Made by a program: the position numbers and the translations under genes. DNA of 64,000 nt from Alphaproteobacteria bacterium (GTDB lineage: Bacteria; Pseudomonadota; Alphaproteobacteria; Bin95), in assembly GCA_965205265.1 (NCBI GenBank), contig CBDBGH010000003.1, positions 5,216,001 through 5,280,000 of the forward strand, read 5' to 3'. The notes beneath the pieces are model-generated. The model saw nothing but the letters and a program-made list of their open reading frames with translations. It did not search any database and was not told the DNA's origin. The stretch's first letter is position 1. The number at the start of each line of letters is the position of its first letter. Below, one piece after another: positions 19,093-27,607 of this stretch.

Positions 19093-20140
19093 GGTCGAGG
19101 GTGACAAGCCGCACGGGCAGACCGGATTCATCGAAAGCCGTCGCTTCGAATTTCGGGGTGTTCAGGAGCCAGCGGCTGCTTTCGGTTGCAGCCGCGAGCA
19201 GGTCCTCCGGATGGTCCGACAGGCTCGCCTGACCTTCCCGCATGATTCTGTCATGGTCCAGAGGTTCCAGAAGGTCGACCGTGTACCCATTCCTGTTGGC
19301 GGCCGAGTAATGCCGGCCCGTTTTCCTGAAGGACCTGTCAACGGACTGGAGCGCCCCGACCAGCCCCTTCCCGGCCATCTCTCCGGAAAGACGCAGGCGC
19401 CGACGCGCGTCGCACGCCAGCAGACCGGCTTCGATCCTCACCCCCGCCGCCGCTTCATAGGCGAACAATGAATGCGTTCCCAGAACGATCAGGGAGGTCC
19501 CGAGCCAGTTCAGGTCGTCCAATTTCCGCATGATCCGGGCCGCCAGCGCCGGCACACGTCCCAGGCCGCGGGCCCGGAGCACCCGCGCCCTGCCGTCGAT
19601 CTGCCGCCTGAGCGCGGTGAACCGCTCCAGAGCCCGGGTCTTCCCATCGAGGAATTGCTCCAGTATCTTTTCGGTTTCGGGAGAGCGGCGGCCATAGGAC
19701 TTCCTCGTAGAGAGCCCGTGGGGGCGGCGAATGAGGTATTCGGCGTCTCCCCGTCTTTCGAATTTCAGCGATCCGCCGTAGCTGTGGCGCGTGTCCCGGC
19801 GCGCCTCCCGGAACAGGTCGAACCGGTCCCGGGCGTCCACGGAATCCCGGAGGCTGTCATAGTCCAACTGTATGATTTCCGTCATTTTTGCCAATTCTTC
19901 CTTGGATTCTTTTATCTTTTGGCAAAAACAGGAAAAATCAAGGTGTTGCGATAGAGTTTTTGAGCCTGGGCGAAGCCGCCGCGCGCGAGCCGCAATCGCA
20001 GGTGACAAGCCGAAAGCTCCGGGAGGCGCCAGGTTGAGGACACGGGATTCCCCCCAAAATATTCTCGGCTCTCATTTCAGGTCGAGGGGCTATCGTGAGA
20101 CTGGATGACAGCGCACGGTCCGGAGAAAGGGAGTCGGGCG

Positions 20141-21373
20141 ATGGAGTTGAAGCCGATATCGCAGCAGGAGCTGGAGGACCGGCTCGGCAGCCAGCGCTGG
20201 CCAGCCGACGTGCCGGACGCCGACGGCAACAACCTGCTGCACCGGGCGGCGGGACTCGGCGATCTGCGGAGTCTGGAGCTGCTTCTGGAGCCGAAGGGGC
20301 AAGGCAATCCCTGGCTGGTCAACGCCAGGGGAGAGACGCCCATGGCGCTGGCCGCTGCGGGTGGGCACGCCGACGCGATCAGGCTTCTTCTGGAAGCGGG
20401 GGTGCCTTCGTATGGAGCGGACAAGGCCGGGCGGAGCCCGTTGCACAGGGCTGCGGAAGCCGGCGCCGCCCATGCCGTGTCGGTTCTTCTGGAGGCCGGG
20501 GCCGCGGTTGACCCCGCCGACAAGCGCGGCCGGACACCCCTTCTCCTGGCTGTGTCCGCGGGGCATGAGAAGGTCGCGCGCCGCCTGCATCGCGCCGGGG
20601 CCGATCCTTGCCGGGAAGGCGGCTGGCTCGGCATGACGCCGCTTCATGAAGCGGTCCGCCTCAACCTCTCAAGTCTGGCCGGCAGCTTCATCGTCCAAGG
20701 GGAGAGAGCGAGCCCGCGCGATGCCTGGGGCCGGACGCCGCTTCATCTCGCCGCCCAGCGCGGGAATCGCGAGGCGTGCGTCACGCTGATCGCGCTGGGA
20801 GCGGATGTCGATACGCAGGACAGGAACGGCAATACGCCCCTGCACAGCGCGTGCCGGGGGGAGTTGCACGGAAACACCGACGCCAAGGAGCGGGGGGACA
20901 TCGTGCATCTTCTTGTCGATGGCGGCGCAGCCGACCCGAATATAGCCAATCAGGACGGGCAGACGGCCCTGCATTGGGCCGCGGCCGAGATGTTTACGGA
21001 AAGCCTGAAGAACTTGCTGGATGCTGACGGGGATCCGAACCTGCTCGACCAGAACAGACATACGCCGTTCCGTTGGGTGGTGATGAGCGGATATCCGGAT
21101 CTGGTCTCGATGGTGCTCAGCGCCGGCGCCGATCCGGATATGCGGGATATCCGGGGAGAGACGTCCCTGCACTGGGCGGCCCGACAGGGGTTCGGCGATG
21201 TGGTGGGGGTGCTACTCAAGGCCCGGGCGGATCCGCACGTCCTGAACAGGGACGGGCAGAGTCCCTTCGATCTCGCGAGTGAATGTCGGGGGGCGGACGG
21301 AACGCTGGACCACTATAACCTGCTGAAGGAGGCACAGGCTCCGGCCGGCGGAGATCTCCCGGAACCGGCCTAG
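20141..21373 (+). CDS. Ankyrin repeat protein
   Basis: Many G-x-TPLH-x-AA repeats; ends DLPEPA. Confidence 0.93.
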   Translation: MELKPISQQELEDRLGSQRWPADVPDADGNNLLHRAAGLGDLRSLELLLEPKGQGNPWLVNARGETPMALAAAGGHADAIRLLLEAGVPSYGADKAGRSPLHRAAEAGAAHAVSVLLEAGAAVDPADKRGRTPLLLAVSAGHEKVARRLHRAGADPCREGGWLGMTPLHEAVRLNLSSLAGSFIVQGERASPRDAWGRTPLHLAAQRGNREACVTLIALGADVDTQDRNGNTPLHSACRGELHGNTDAKERGDIVHLLVDGGAADPNIANQDGQTALHWAAAEMFTESLKNLLDADGDPNLLDQNRHTPFRWVVMSGYPDLVSMVLSAGADPDMRDIRGETSLHWAARQGFGDVVGVLLKARADPHVLNRDGQSPFDLASECRGADGTLDHYNLLKEAQAPAGGDLPEPA

Positions 21374-21374
21374 A

Positions 21375-22355
21375 TCAGCAGGGGGTCGGGGCTTCAGGGC
21401 TGTCTGCGGAAGGCACATCGTCGAGCTTCGCCCCGCTCAGCTTGGCCATGTGAAGCTGATGGGCGAACCTGGTATTGGCGCCGCGCAGGTCCGCATCGAC
21501 GAAAAAGGCCTCCCCGCAGCTCGCATAGGCGAGACTGGCGTGAAGCAGGACGGCTCCGGAAAAGTCGGCGCCGGCGAGATTGGCCTTGTCGAGCGAGGCC
21601 CGTGTGAGGTCCGTCCGGGCCAGACAGGCGTCGGAGAAATCGACCTCGCCGAGAACGGCCCGGGCCATCGAGGCCCTCTCGAGATCCGCACTCACAAAAT
21701 TCGCGAACAGGAGAGTCGTCCGGCCGAGAGACGCCCCGCGCAAGCTGGCGTTCGTGAAGGAAGAGCCGTTGGCGACGGCGTCGCGCAGGCAGGCCTCATT
21801 GAGATTTGCACCCTCGAAATTACACCGCCACAGCTCGGCATCCTCCAGCGAAGCCCGACGGAGGAAGGCGTGTTTGAACGAGGTTTCCACACATATGGCC
21901 CCGTTCATCTGGGCTCCTGTGAAGTCGGCTCCTTCGCATTCGCAGTCCGTGAGGATCACGGAACTCATATACGCCCCGCGGAAACTCGCGCCCTTGAAGG
22001 AGGCGCCGGTGAGGTCGAGATGCTGCAGAAACTGCCCGGAGAAGTCCTGGCCGTCGAAATTGCGTTCGCCGGCGGCGTAGCGGGCGCCGAGTTCGGCTTG
22101 GGACGGCCCGCGCCGGGAGGCGAGGATGTCGCCTGGGCGACGTTCCACGAGCCGGTCGGGCGCCGGGACGTGGATGTTGTCTTCGTGTATCTCAAGGACG
22201 TAGGGATTCCCGGCGTCCCCGTCTTTCCAGCTATCGCGGTAGTCGCAGAGAGCGACGGCCTTCTCGAAGCCGCGGTCGACATCGTCCGCCTCAACCTCGA
22301 CCTCGGCGCTATAGGACCTCGTGTAGGCGAGTGCGAACGTCCAGGTTTTGGTCAT
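21375..22355 (-). CDS. Pentapeptide repeat protein with conserved N-terminal domain (tandem copy 6)
   Basis: N-terminal TWTFAL...VEVEAD, RYAAGERNF, repeats; ends PEAPTPC. Confidence 0.9.
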   Translation of the reverse strand: MTKTWTFALAYTRSYSAEVEVEADDVDRGFEKAVALCDYRDSWKDGDAGNPYVLEIHEDNIHVPAPDRLVERRPGDILASRRGPSQAELGARYAAGERNFDGQDFSGQFLQHLDLTGASFKGASFRGAYMSSVILTDCECEGADFTGAQMNGAICVETSFKHAFLRRASLEDAELWRCNFEGANLNEACLRDAVANGSSFTNASLRGASLGRTTLLFANFVSADLERASMARAVLGEVDFSDACLARTDLTRASLDKANLAGADFSGAVLLHASLAYASCGEAFFVDADLRGANTRFAHQLHMAKLSGAKLDDVPSADSPEAPTPC

Positions 22356-22374
22356 GGCAGTGAACTCCTCTCCG

Positions 22375-23343
22375 TCATTCGGCAATCGCCGGTCGGGAAC
22401 CGGACAGGGTGTCCTGCTCCCGATCCATGAAGGTCCTGGCGGTGTTGGCGCCGACGAGCTCGGCGCCGGCCATGCTGCAGGCGGTGAACACGGTGCAGGG
22501 CATGTTGGTGCCGACAAACTGCGCCCGCTCGAGCCGGGCTCTGTAGAATCCCGTGTCGTCGAGCGAGGCCCGGGAGAAGTCCGCCCCGGCCGCCTGGGCA
22601 TATTCGAAGAGGCAGTCGGCCACCAGCGCCCCGGCAAAGGTCGCGCGCTCGAGGGGAGTTCCGATGAAGTGGGTCTTCCGGATGCTCGCCGACAGGAACG
22701 AGGCGTCGGTCAGGTCCGTCTGCCGGAATGCGGCCGACGAGACAATGGCGCCGCGGAAGCCGGCGTTCCGGGCCCTGGCGCTCCCGAATGTCGTGCGCCA
22801 GAGCCGTGCCCGGTCGAACGATGCGCTGTCCAGACAGGCCTCGTCGAAAACCGCCTCGTCGAGGATGGCCGTGTCTAGCCGGGCGCCGTTGAAGACGGCC
22901 TTGCGGCAGTTGGCGCCGGTCAGCCGGAGGCCGTGCAGTTTCGCGCCTTCGAAAACGGCTTCGACAAGATCGGCGCCGGAGAGGTCGGCACCCGACAGGT
23001 CCATATGCGCGAAGTTCTCGCCGCTGAAGTCGCGCTCGCCCGCATCGTAGCGGGCGGCGAGTTCGATGGCGTCGGCGGACCGGTTCACGGACGGCCAGTC
23101 GGGGATCGGGCGCGCCAGGGGAGCCACAGGGATGCCGGCCGGGATCGGCAGCACGCTACCGGCCTCGGTGAGTTCGTAGGCGTAGGCCCGGTCGGTGGCG
23201 ATCACATCCCAGAGTCCGTCCCGGTCGGCGCGGACAGCCGCATCGGCGAAGGCTTCCTCGACAGTATTGCCGGCGCCTGCCGCCAGGGCGGCGTGGGACT
23301 GCCTGCGGATCAGGCCGAATTCGATGGTTCTGGTCATGCGCAT
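22375..23343 (-). CDS. Pentapeptide repeat protein (tandem copy 5)
   Basis: Same architecture, RYDAGERDFSG. Confidence 0.9.
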   Translation of the reverse strand: MRMTRTIEFGLIRRQSHAALAAGAGNTVEEAFADAAVRADRDGLWDVIATDRAYAYELTEAGSVLPIPAGIPVAPLARPIPDWPSVNRSADAIELAARYDAGERDFSGENFAHMDLSGADLSGADLVEAVFEGAKLHGLRLTGANCRKAVFNGARLDTAILDEAVFDEACLDSASFDRARLWRTTFGSARARNAGFRGAIVSSAAFRQTDLTDASFLSASIRKTHFIGTPLERATFAGALVADCLFEYAQAAGADFSRASLDDTGFYRARLERAQFVGTNMPCTVFTACSMAGAELVGANTARTFMDREQDTLSGSRPAIAE

Positions 23344-23352
23344 GCGCTCCGG

Positions 23353-24375
23353 TCAGGGTGTCGGCTCCGGCAACTGGTTCGCAGGGGCGCTCGGCTCGCC
23401 GCCCCGCCGCATCGCGGTTACCCAGTCGGCGAGCGCGTCATCCATGATGGCGTCCTCCAGGTTGGCACAGTGGATATCGGAGGAACGGGCGTTGACGCCG
23501 GTGAGGTCCGCCCGGACGAGCGTGGCGTCCGCGAACTTGGCGCCGGGCATGTTCGCCTCCCTGAAAAGCGTGTCCGAGCAGTCCGCGGTGAGCAGGGAGG
23601 CTTCGTCAAGAAGGGCATGCTCGAAATCGGAGCGGACGAGCCGGGCGCCGTTGAGATTGGCGTGGAAGAAGTTCGCCTTGCGGCAGGAGGCATGGGATAG
23701 ATCGGTGCGGACGAAGATCGCATGGGTGAATTCGCCGTCGAACAGGGTGGCATGCTTCAGCGAGGCGTCGGAGAAGTGGCACCGGGACGCGCGGGCGTCG
23801 GTAAAGGTGGCCCCGCGAAGGTCGGCCCGGTCCATGACGGCGTGCCAGAGACGTGCGCCGGAGAAGTTCGCATGTCGGGCGTAGGCATTTCCGAAGCCTG
23901 CTTCGTCGAGACAGGCGCCGTTGAAGGCGGCGCCGGCAAGATTCGCGCCGCTGAAGTCCGCGAGGGCAAGCCTGCAGCCTGAGAAGTCCGTTCCGTTCAG
24001 CTTCGCCTCGTAGAAATTGGCCCCGGAGAGATCCAGGCCGGACAGGTCCTGGCCGGAGAAGTCCTCTCCCGCGAAGTCGCGCTCGCCGGCGGCGTAGCGG
24101 GCGGCGAGGGCGCGCGCCGCGCGCCTGTCGCGCCGCTCGGGCGGTCCGGCATGCGGGTTTTCGCCGATGGAATCGGGCACCGCGAGCGATATCCTGCCGT
24201 CGTGGATGTCGGTGGCGTGTTCGCTCTCGACTTCCCCGACGCGCCAGGCGCTGTCGTTGTTGGCGCGCTCGACGGCGGCGTGGAAGGCATCCTCCACGGT
24301 TTCGCCGGCCCCTTGGGCCCGGGCGTGGTAGAGGCGCTTCTGGACCAGTTCGAAGTCGTAGCTTTTTTCTGGCAT
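23353..24375 (-). CDS. Pentapeptide repeat protein (tandem copy 4)
   Basis: RYAAGERDFAGEDFSGQDL; ends LPEPTP. Confidence 0.9.
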   Translation of the reverse strand: MPEKSYDFELVQKRLYHARAQGAGETVEDAFHAAVERANNDSAWRVGEVESEHATDIHDGRISLAVPDSIGENPHAGPPERRDRRAARALAARYAAGERDFAGEDFSGQDLSGLDLSGANFYEAKLNGTDFSGCRLALADFSGANLAGAAFNGACLDEAGFGNAYARHANFSGARLWHAVMDRADLRGATFTDARASRCHFSDASLKHATLFDGEFTHAIFVRTDLSHASCRKANFFHANLNGARLVRSDFEHALLDEASLLTADCSDTLFREANMPGAKFADATLVRADLTGVNARSSDIHCANLEDAIMDDALADWVTAMRRGGEPSAPANQLPEPTP

Positions 24376-24394
24376 GGATCGGGATCCCGGGTGG

Positions 24395-25432
24395 TCAGGG
24401 GGCGGGTGCAGCGGCTTCAGGGGCGGCGGCACGGTCGGAAAGGTGCTGAAGCAGCCAGGGATTGTCGGTTTCGACATCCGAAAGCGTTGCTTCGGTGATG
24501 TCCGAACCGCTGGCGTTGACGCCGGTGAGGTCGCTGCCGGTGAAATCTGCGCCGGCGCATGACGCGGACACCAGACTTGCGCCCCTGAGGGCTGCGAAGG
24601 AGACATTGGAACCCCAGAGGGTTGTCTCGTCCAGCACGGCGGCGGTGAGGTCTGCGCCGGACAGGATGGCCTGCTCCAGGGAGGTATTGGTCAGGTTGGC
24701 CCGGCGGAGCGAGGCATGGTCGAGATCCGTGTGCCAACACAGGGCGCCGCCCATCTGGATGCGGTCCAGAACGGCCCGTTTCATGTTGGAACTGCTGAAA
24801 TCGCATTTGGCAGCCATCGCATCGCGCAGGGAGGCGTCCTGGAGGTCGCAAGTCCTGAGCCGGGCGGACCACATGGCGGCCCTGTCGAAGCGGCTGCGCG
24901 GGAGCAGGGCAGTGGAGAGATCCGCTTCCTTCAGGTCGGCATCCCGGAAATCGGCGCCCGGGGCGCGGGCGTTCCTGAAGGACGCATTTGCCAGCTTGCA
25001 GCCCGAGAAATTCGTTCCTTGCAGCCGGGCCCTCTCGAAGCTGGCGGCCGTGAGGTCGAGACCGGACAGGTCCTGGCCTGAGAAGTCCTCGCCCGCGAAG
25101 TCGCGCTCGCCGGCGGCGTAGCGGGCGGCAAGCGTGCGGGCCGCCTCGGACAGATCGTCTTCGGGCCGGCTGGCCGGCTGGATGAAGCCGGGTGTCGGAT
25201 GCTCCGCATATCGGTCCGGAACGGGAAGTCCGAACCCGAGCTTCGAATCGGTCTCGTCGTCCACGACCGCTTCGATGAAGGGGCGGTCGTCCTCGTCGGA
25301 GCCCCAGAGGTCCTCGGCATCGGCTTCCTCTGCGGCGGTATCGAAGGCCTCGTCGATGCTGTCGGCGATGACGGTGACGCGCGCGGTGCGTCGTGTGAGG
25401 AGGGTCAGGTCAAGGGTCCAGGGATCGGACAT
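24395..25432 (-). CDS. Pentapeptide repeat protein (tandem copy 3)
   Basis: Same architecture; ends PEAAAPAP. Confidence 0.9.
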   Translation of the reverse strand: MSDPWTLDLTLLTRRTARVTVIADSIDEAFDTAAEEADAEDLWGSDEDDRPFIEAVVDDETDSKLGFGLPVPDRYAEHPTPGFIQPASRPEDDLSEAARTLAARYAAGERDFAGEDFSGQDLSGLDLTAASFERARLQGTNFSGCKLANASFRNARAPGADFRDADLKEADLSTALLPRSRFDRAAMWSARLRTCDLQDASLRDAMAAKCDFSSSNMKRAVLDRIQMGGALCWHTDLDHASLRRANLTNTSLEQAILSGADLTAAVLDETTLWGSNVSFAALRGASLVSASCAGADFTGSDLTGVNASGSDITEATLSDVETDNPWLLQHLSDRAAAPEAAAPAP

Positions 25433-25445
25433 GGGCCAGCTCCGG

Positions 25446-26501
25446 TCAGGGGGTCGAAGGGAGGGAGGTTTCGGGGGCCGGTGGATCCGGATTCGGGGCC
25501 ATTTCGGCGAGGCCGGGGGCCGAGGTTTCCACGCCGTCCAGAACGGCCCCTGTCATGTCCGTGCCGACGAGGTTGGCTCCGCGGAGATTGGTCCGGGTGA
25601 AATTGGCTCCTCTGCATGATGCATGGGGAAGGTTGGCGCCGTTGAGGTTCCCGTCGGTGAAGTCCCCGTGATGCAGCGACGCACGGTCGAGGAGGGCCCC
25701 GGTGAAGTCCGCGCGCGCCGCGGCAACGCGCGTCAGCCGGGCCTGGAAGAGATTGGTCCATGCCAGCCAGGCATCCTCGATATCGGCTTCCAGGAAGGAC
25801 GCCAGGGCCATCTGGGCCCCGCTCATCGAGGCCCGTTTCATGCCTGCGCCATCGAAATGGGCCTGGCTTGCGATGGCGTCGCGCAGGCATGACTCGGAAA
25901 GATCCGCATTGTTGAACCCGGCGTTCCAGAGCCGGGTCCGATCCAGATGGGCGCGCGGCAGGCGGGCGTCGATGAACTGCGCTTCCGAGAGGTCGGCGCA
26001 GGAAAGCAGGACACCGTCCATCGTGGCGTTGTTGAAGTTCGCGCCGCGGAGATCCGCGGCGGAAAGTCTGGCCCCGCTGAGGTCGGCGCCGTCGAACCGG
26101 GCGTGAGGCAGGCGGATGCGGAGCAGGTCCTGGCCGGAGAAATCCTCGCCCGAGAAGTCGCGCTCGCCGGCGGCGTAGCGCGCCTCGAGGCGCTCGCGGT
26201 CGGGGAAGCCGCCGAAGCGCTGGTGCGGGCGGTCGTCGGGCCCTACGAAGACCGGCGGGGGCGTTTCCAAGAGGATGTCCGGGACCGGAATGAGGGATTT
26301 GCGGTAAGCGTTGCGCGGCTCGCCGTCTCCTTCGCCGACATTCTGGACAAAGGTGCGTATTTCGGGGGACTCGCACAGGAGATTGGCTTCCTCCGCATCG
26401 TTGAAAGCGGTCAGGAAGGCCAATTCCATGGAATCGCCCTCGGCAGTGACACGGGCCATCGAGCGGCTGGTTGCAACGAGGTCGAAGGTCCATTTACCCA
26501 T
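25446..26501 (-). CDS. Pentapeptide repeat protein (tandem copy 2)
   Basis: MGKWTFDL...; ends LPSTP. Confidence 0.9.
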   Translation of the reverse strand: MGKWTFDLVATSRSMARVTAEGDSMELAFLTAFNDAEEANLLCESPEIRTFVQNVGEGDGEPRNAYRKSLIPVPDILLETPPPVFVGPDDRPHQRFGGFPDRERLEARYAAGERDFSGEDFSGQDLLRIRLPHARFDGADLSGARLSAADLRGANFNNATMDGVLLSCADLSEAQFIDARLPRAHLDRTRLWNAGFNNADLSESCLRDAIASQAHFDGAGMKRASMSGAQMALASFLEADIEDAWLAWTNLFQARLTRVAAARADFTGALLDRASLHHGDFTDGNLNGANLPHASCRGANFTRTNLRGANLVGTDMTGAVLDGVETSAPGLAEMAPNPDPPAPETSLPSTP

Positions 26502-26518
26502 GCCGGCACCTTCCGGAG

Positions 26519-27544
26519 CTATGGAGACGCATCTTCAATGCCGGCTTCCCGAGCCAGCGCGGAGTCGGAGAACAGCGCGCCGCCCAGGGTGGCCGAGGAA
26601 ATATCGGACTCCATGAAATTGGCGCCGCGCATGTCGGCATCCGTGAAGTCGGTGTCCATGCAATGCGTTCTGGGCATGTTGGCGCCGCAGAACCTCGCGC
26701 CGGAGAAATCGCAGAAGCTCAGATTGACCTTGTCGAGCAGCGCCCCGGTAAAATCGGCCCGGCGCGCTATGGCGTCGCGCATATGGATGCAGAACATGTT
26801 GGCGCGAACGAACGTGGCGTCCGTGAGATCGGCAAAGGTCAGGAAGGCGTCCGTGAGGTGGGCTTCGTTCAGGCAGGCGCGCTGCAGATCCGCCCTGCTG
26901 AAGACGGCGCTGCTCGCGATGACGCCGCGCAGGGATGCGTCCGTGAGGATGGCGTCGGAAAACCGCGCTCGCCAGAGATTTGCATGGTCGAGATGGGCGC
27001 GGGGCAGGCGGGTCTCATCGAATTCGGCTTCCGCGAGATTGGCGTGCAAAAGAACGGCTCCGGGAAGCATGGCGCGCTTGAATTTCGTGTTCCGAAGATT
27101 GGCCCCGCGCAGATCGGCGTTTGCGAAGGTTGCTCCATCGAACCAGGCGTAAGGGACCTCGACGTCGGACAGGTCCTGGCCGGAGAAGTCCTCGCCGGAG
27201 AAATCGCGCTCTCCCCGGTCGTAGCGCTGCTGGAGCTTCCGGGCGTCCTCCGAAAGTTCACGATGCGGCGAAGCCCCCGGACCGAAATATCGGGCGGAAT
27301 GGTGTTCGTCGAGGGCGTCCGGAACGGGAATGACGGAGTATCCATGGAAGGGATTGCAGGGGTTGGCTTCGCCTTCGCATACATTGTCGACGGACTCGGC
27401 GCGGTCCTCGACCTCTTCCCAGAGGCCGCCCAGATTGGCCTGGTCGAGGGCGGCGTTGAAGGCGGCGGTCATCGACTCGCCGTCGGCCGTGACGCGGGCG
27501 ACGCAGTAGTCGGCCCGACGGAGGTCGAATGTCCACTTGCCCAT
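26519..27544 (-). CDS. Pentapeptide repeat protein (tandem copy 1)
   Basis: MGKWTFDL...; ends EDASP. Confidence 0.9.
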   Translation of the reverse strand: MGKWTFDLRRADYCVARVTADGESMTAAFNAALDQANLGGLWEEVEDRAESVDNVCEGEANPCNPFHGYSVIPVPDALDEHHSARYFGPGASPHRELSEDARKLQQRYDRGERDFSGEDFSGQDLSDVEVPYAWFDGATFANADLRGANLRNTKFKRAMLPGAVLLHANLAEAEFDETRLPRAHLDHANLWRARFSDAILTDASLRGVIASSAVFSRADLQRACLNEAHLTDAFLTFADLTDATFVRANMFCIHMRDAIARRADFTGALLDKVNLSFCDFSGARFCGANMPRTHCMDTDFTDADMRGANFMESDISSATLGGALFSDSALAREAGIEDASP

Positions 27545-27607
27545 GGGAAGCCTTCCTCCTGTCCTTCGGTCAGCTGCCCCGGTTCGGCCGGGAGGGGACC
27601 GGGACCG

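Larger units (their letters stand above)
17680..19885 (-). pseudogene. GSU2403-like nucleotidyltransferase split by IS630
   Basis: Removing the IS and one TA restores ...VTLDPR-VFALQK...RDPLKRVRD; motif VLGTHSLFAYEAAAGV. Confidence 0.8.
17576..20072. mobile_element. Non-autonomous TIR-bounded cassette with a nested IS630
   Basis: AGAGCCGATGAAGATTTTGGGGGGA versus TCCCCCCAAAATATTCTCGGCTCT (imperfect IR); CATTTCAGG repeated directly at 17567-17575 and 20073-20081. Confidence 0.75.

Noticed and set aside
21375-27544. Diversity-generating retroelement acting on the pentapeptide array
   Set aside because: No reverse transcriptase and no TR/VR pair with adenine-specific differences
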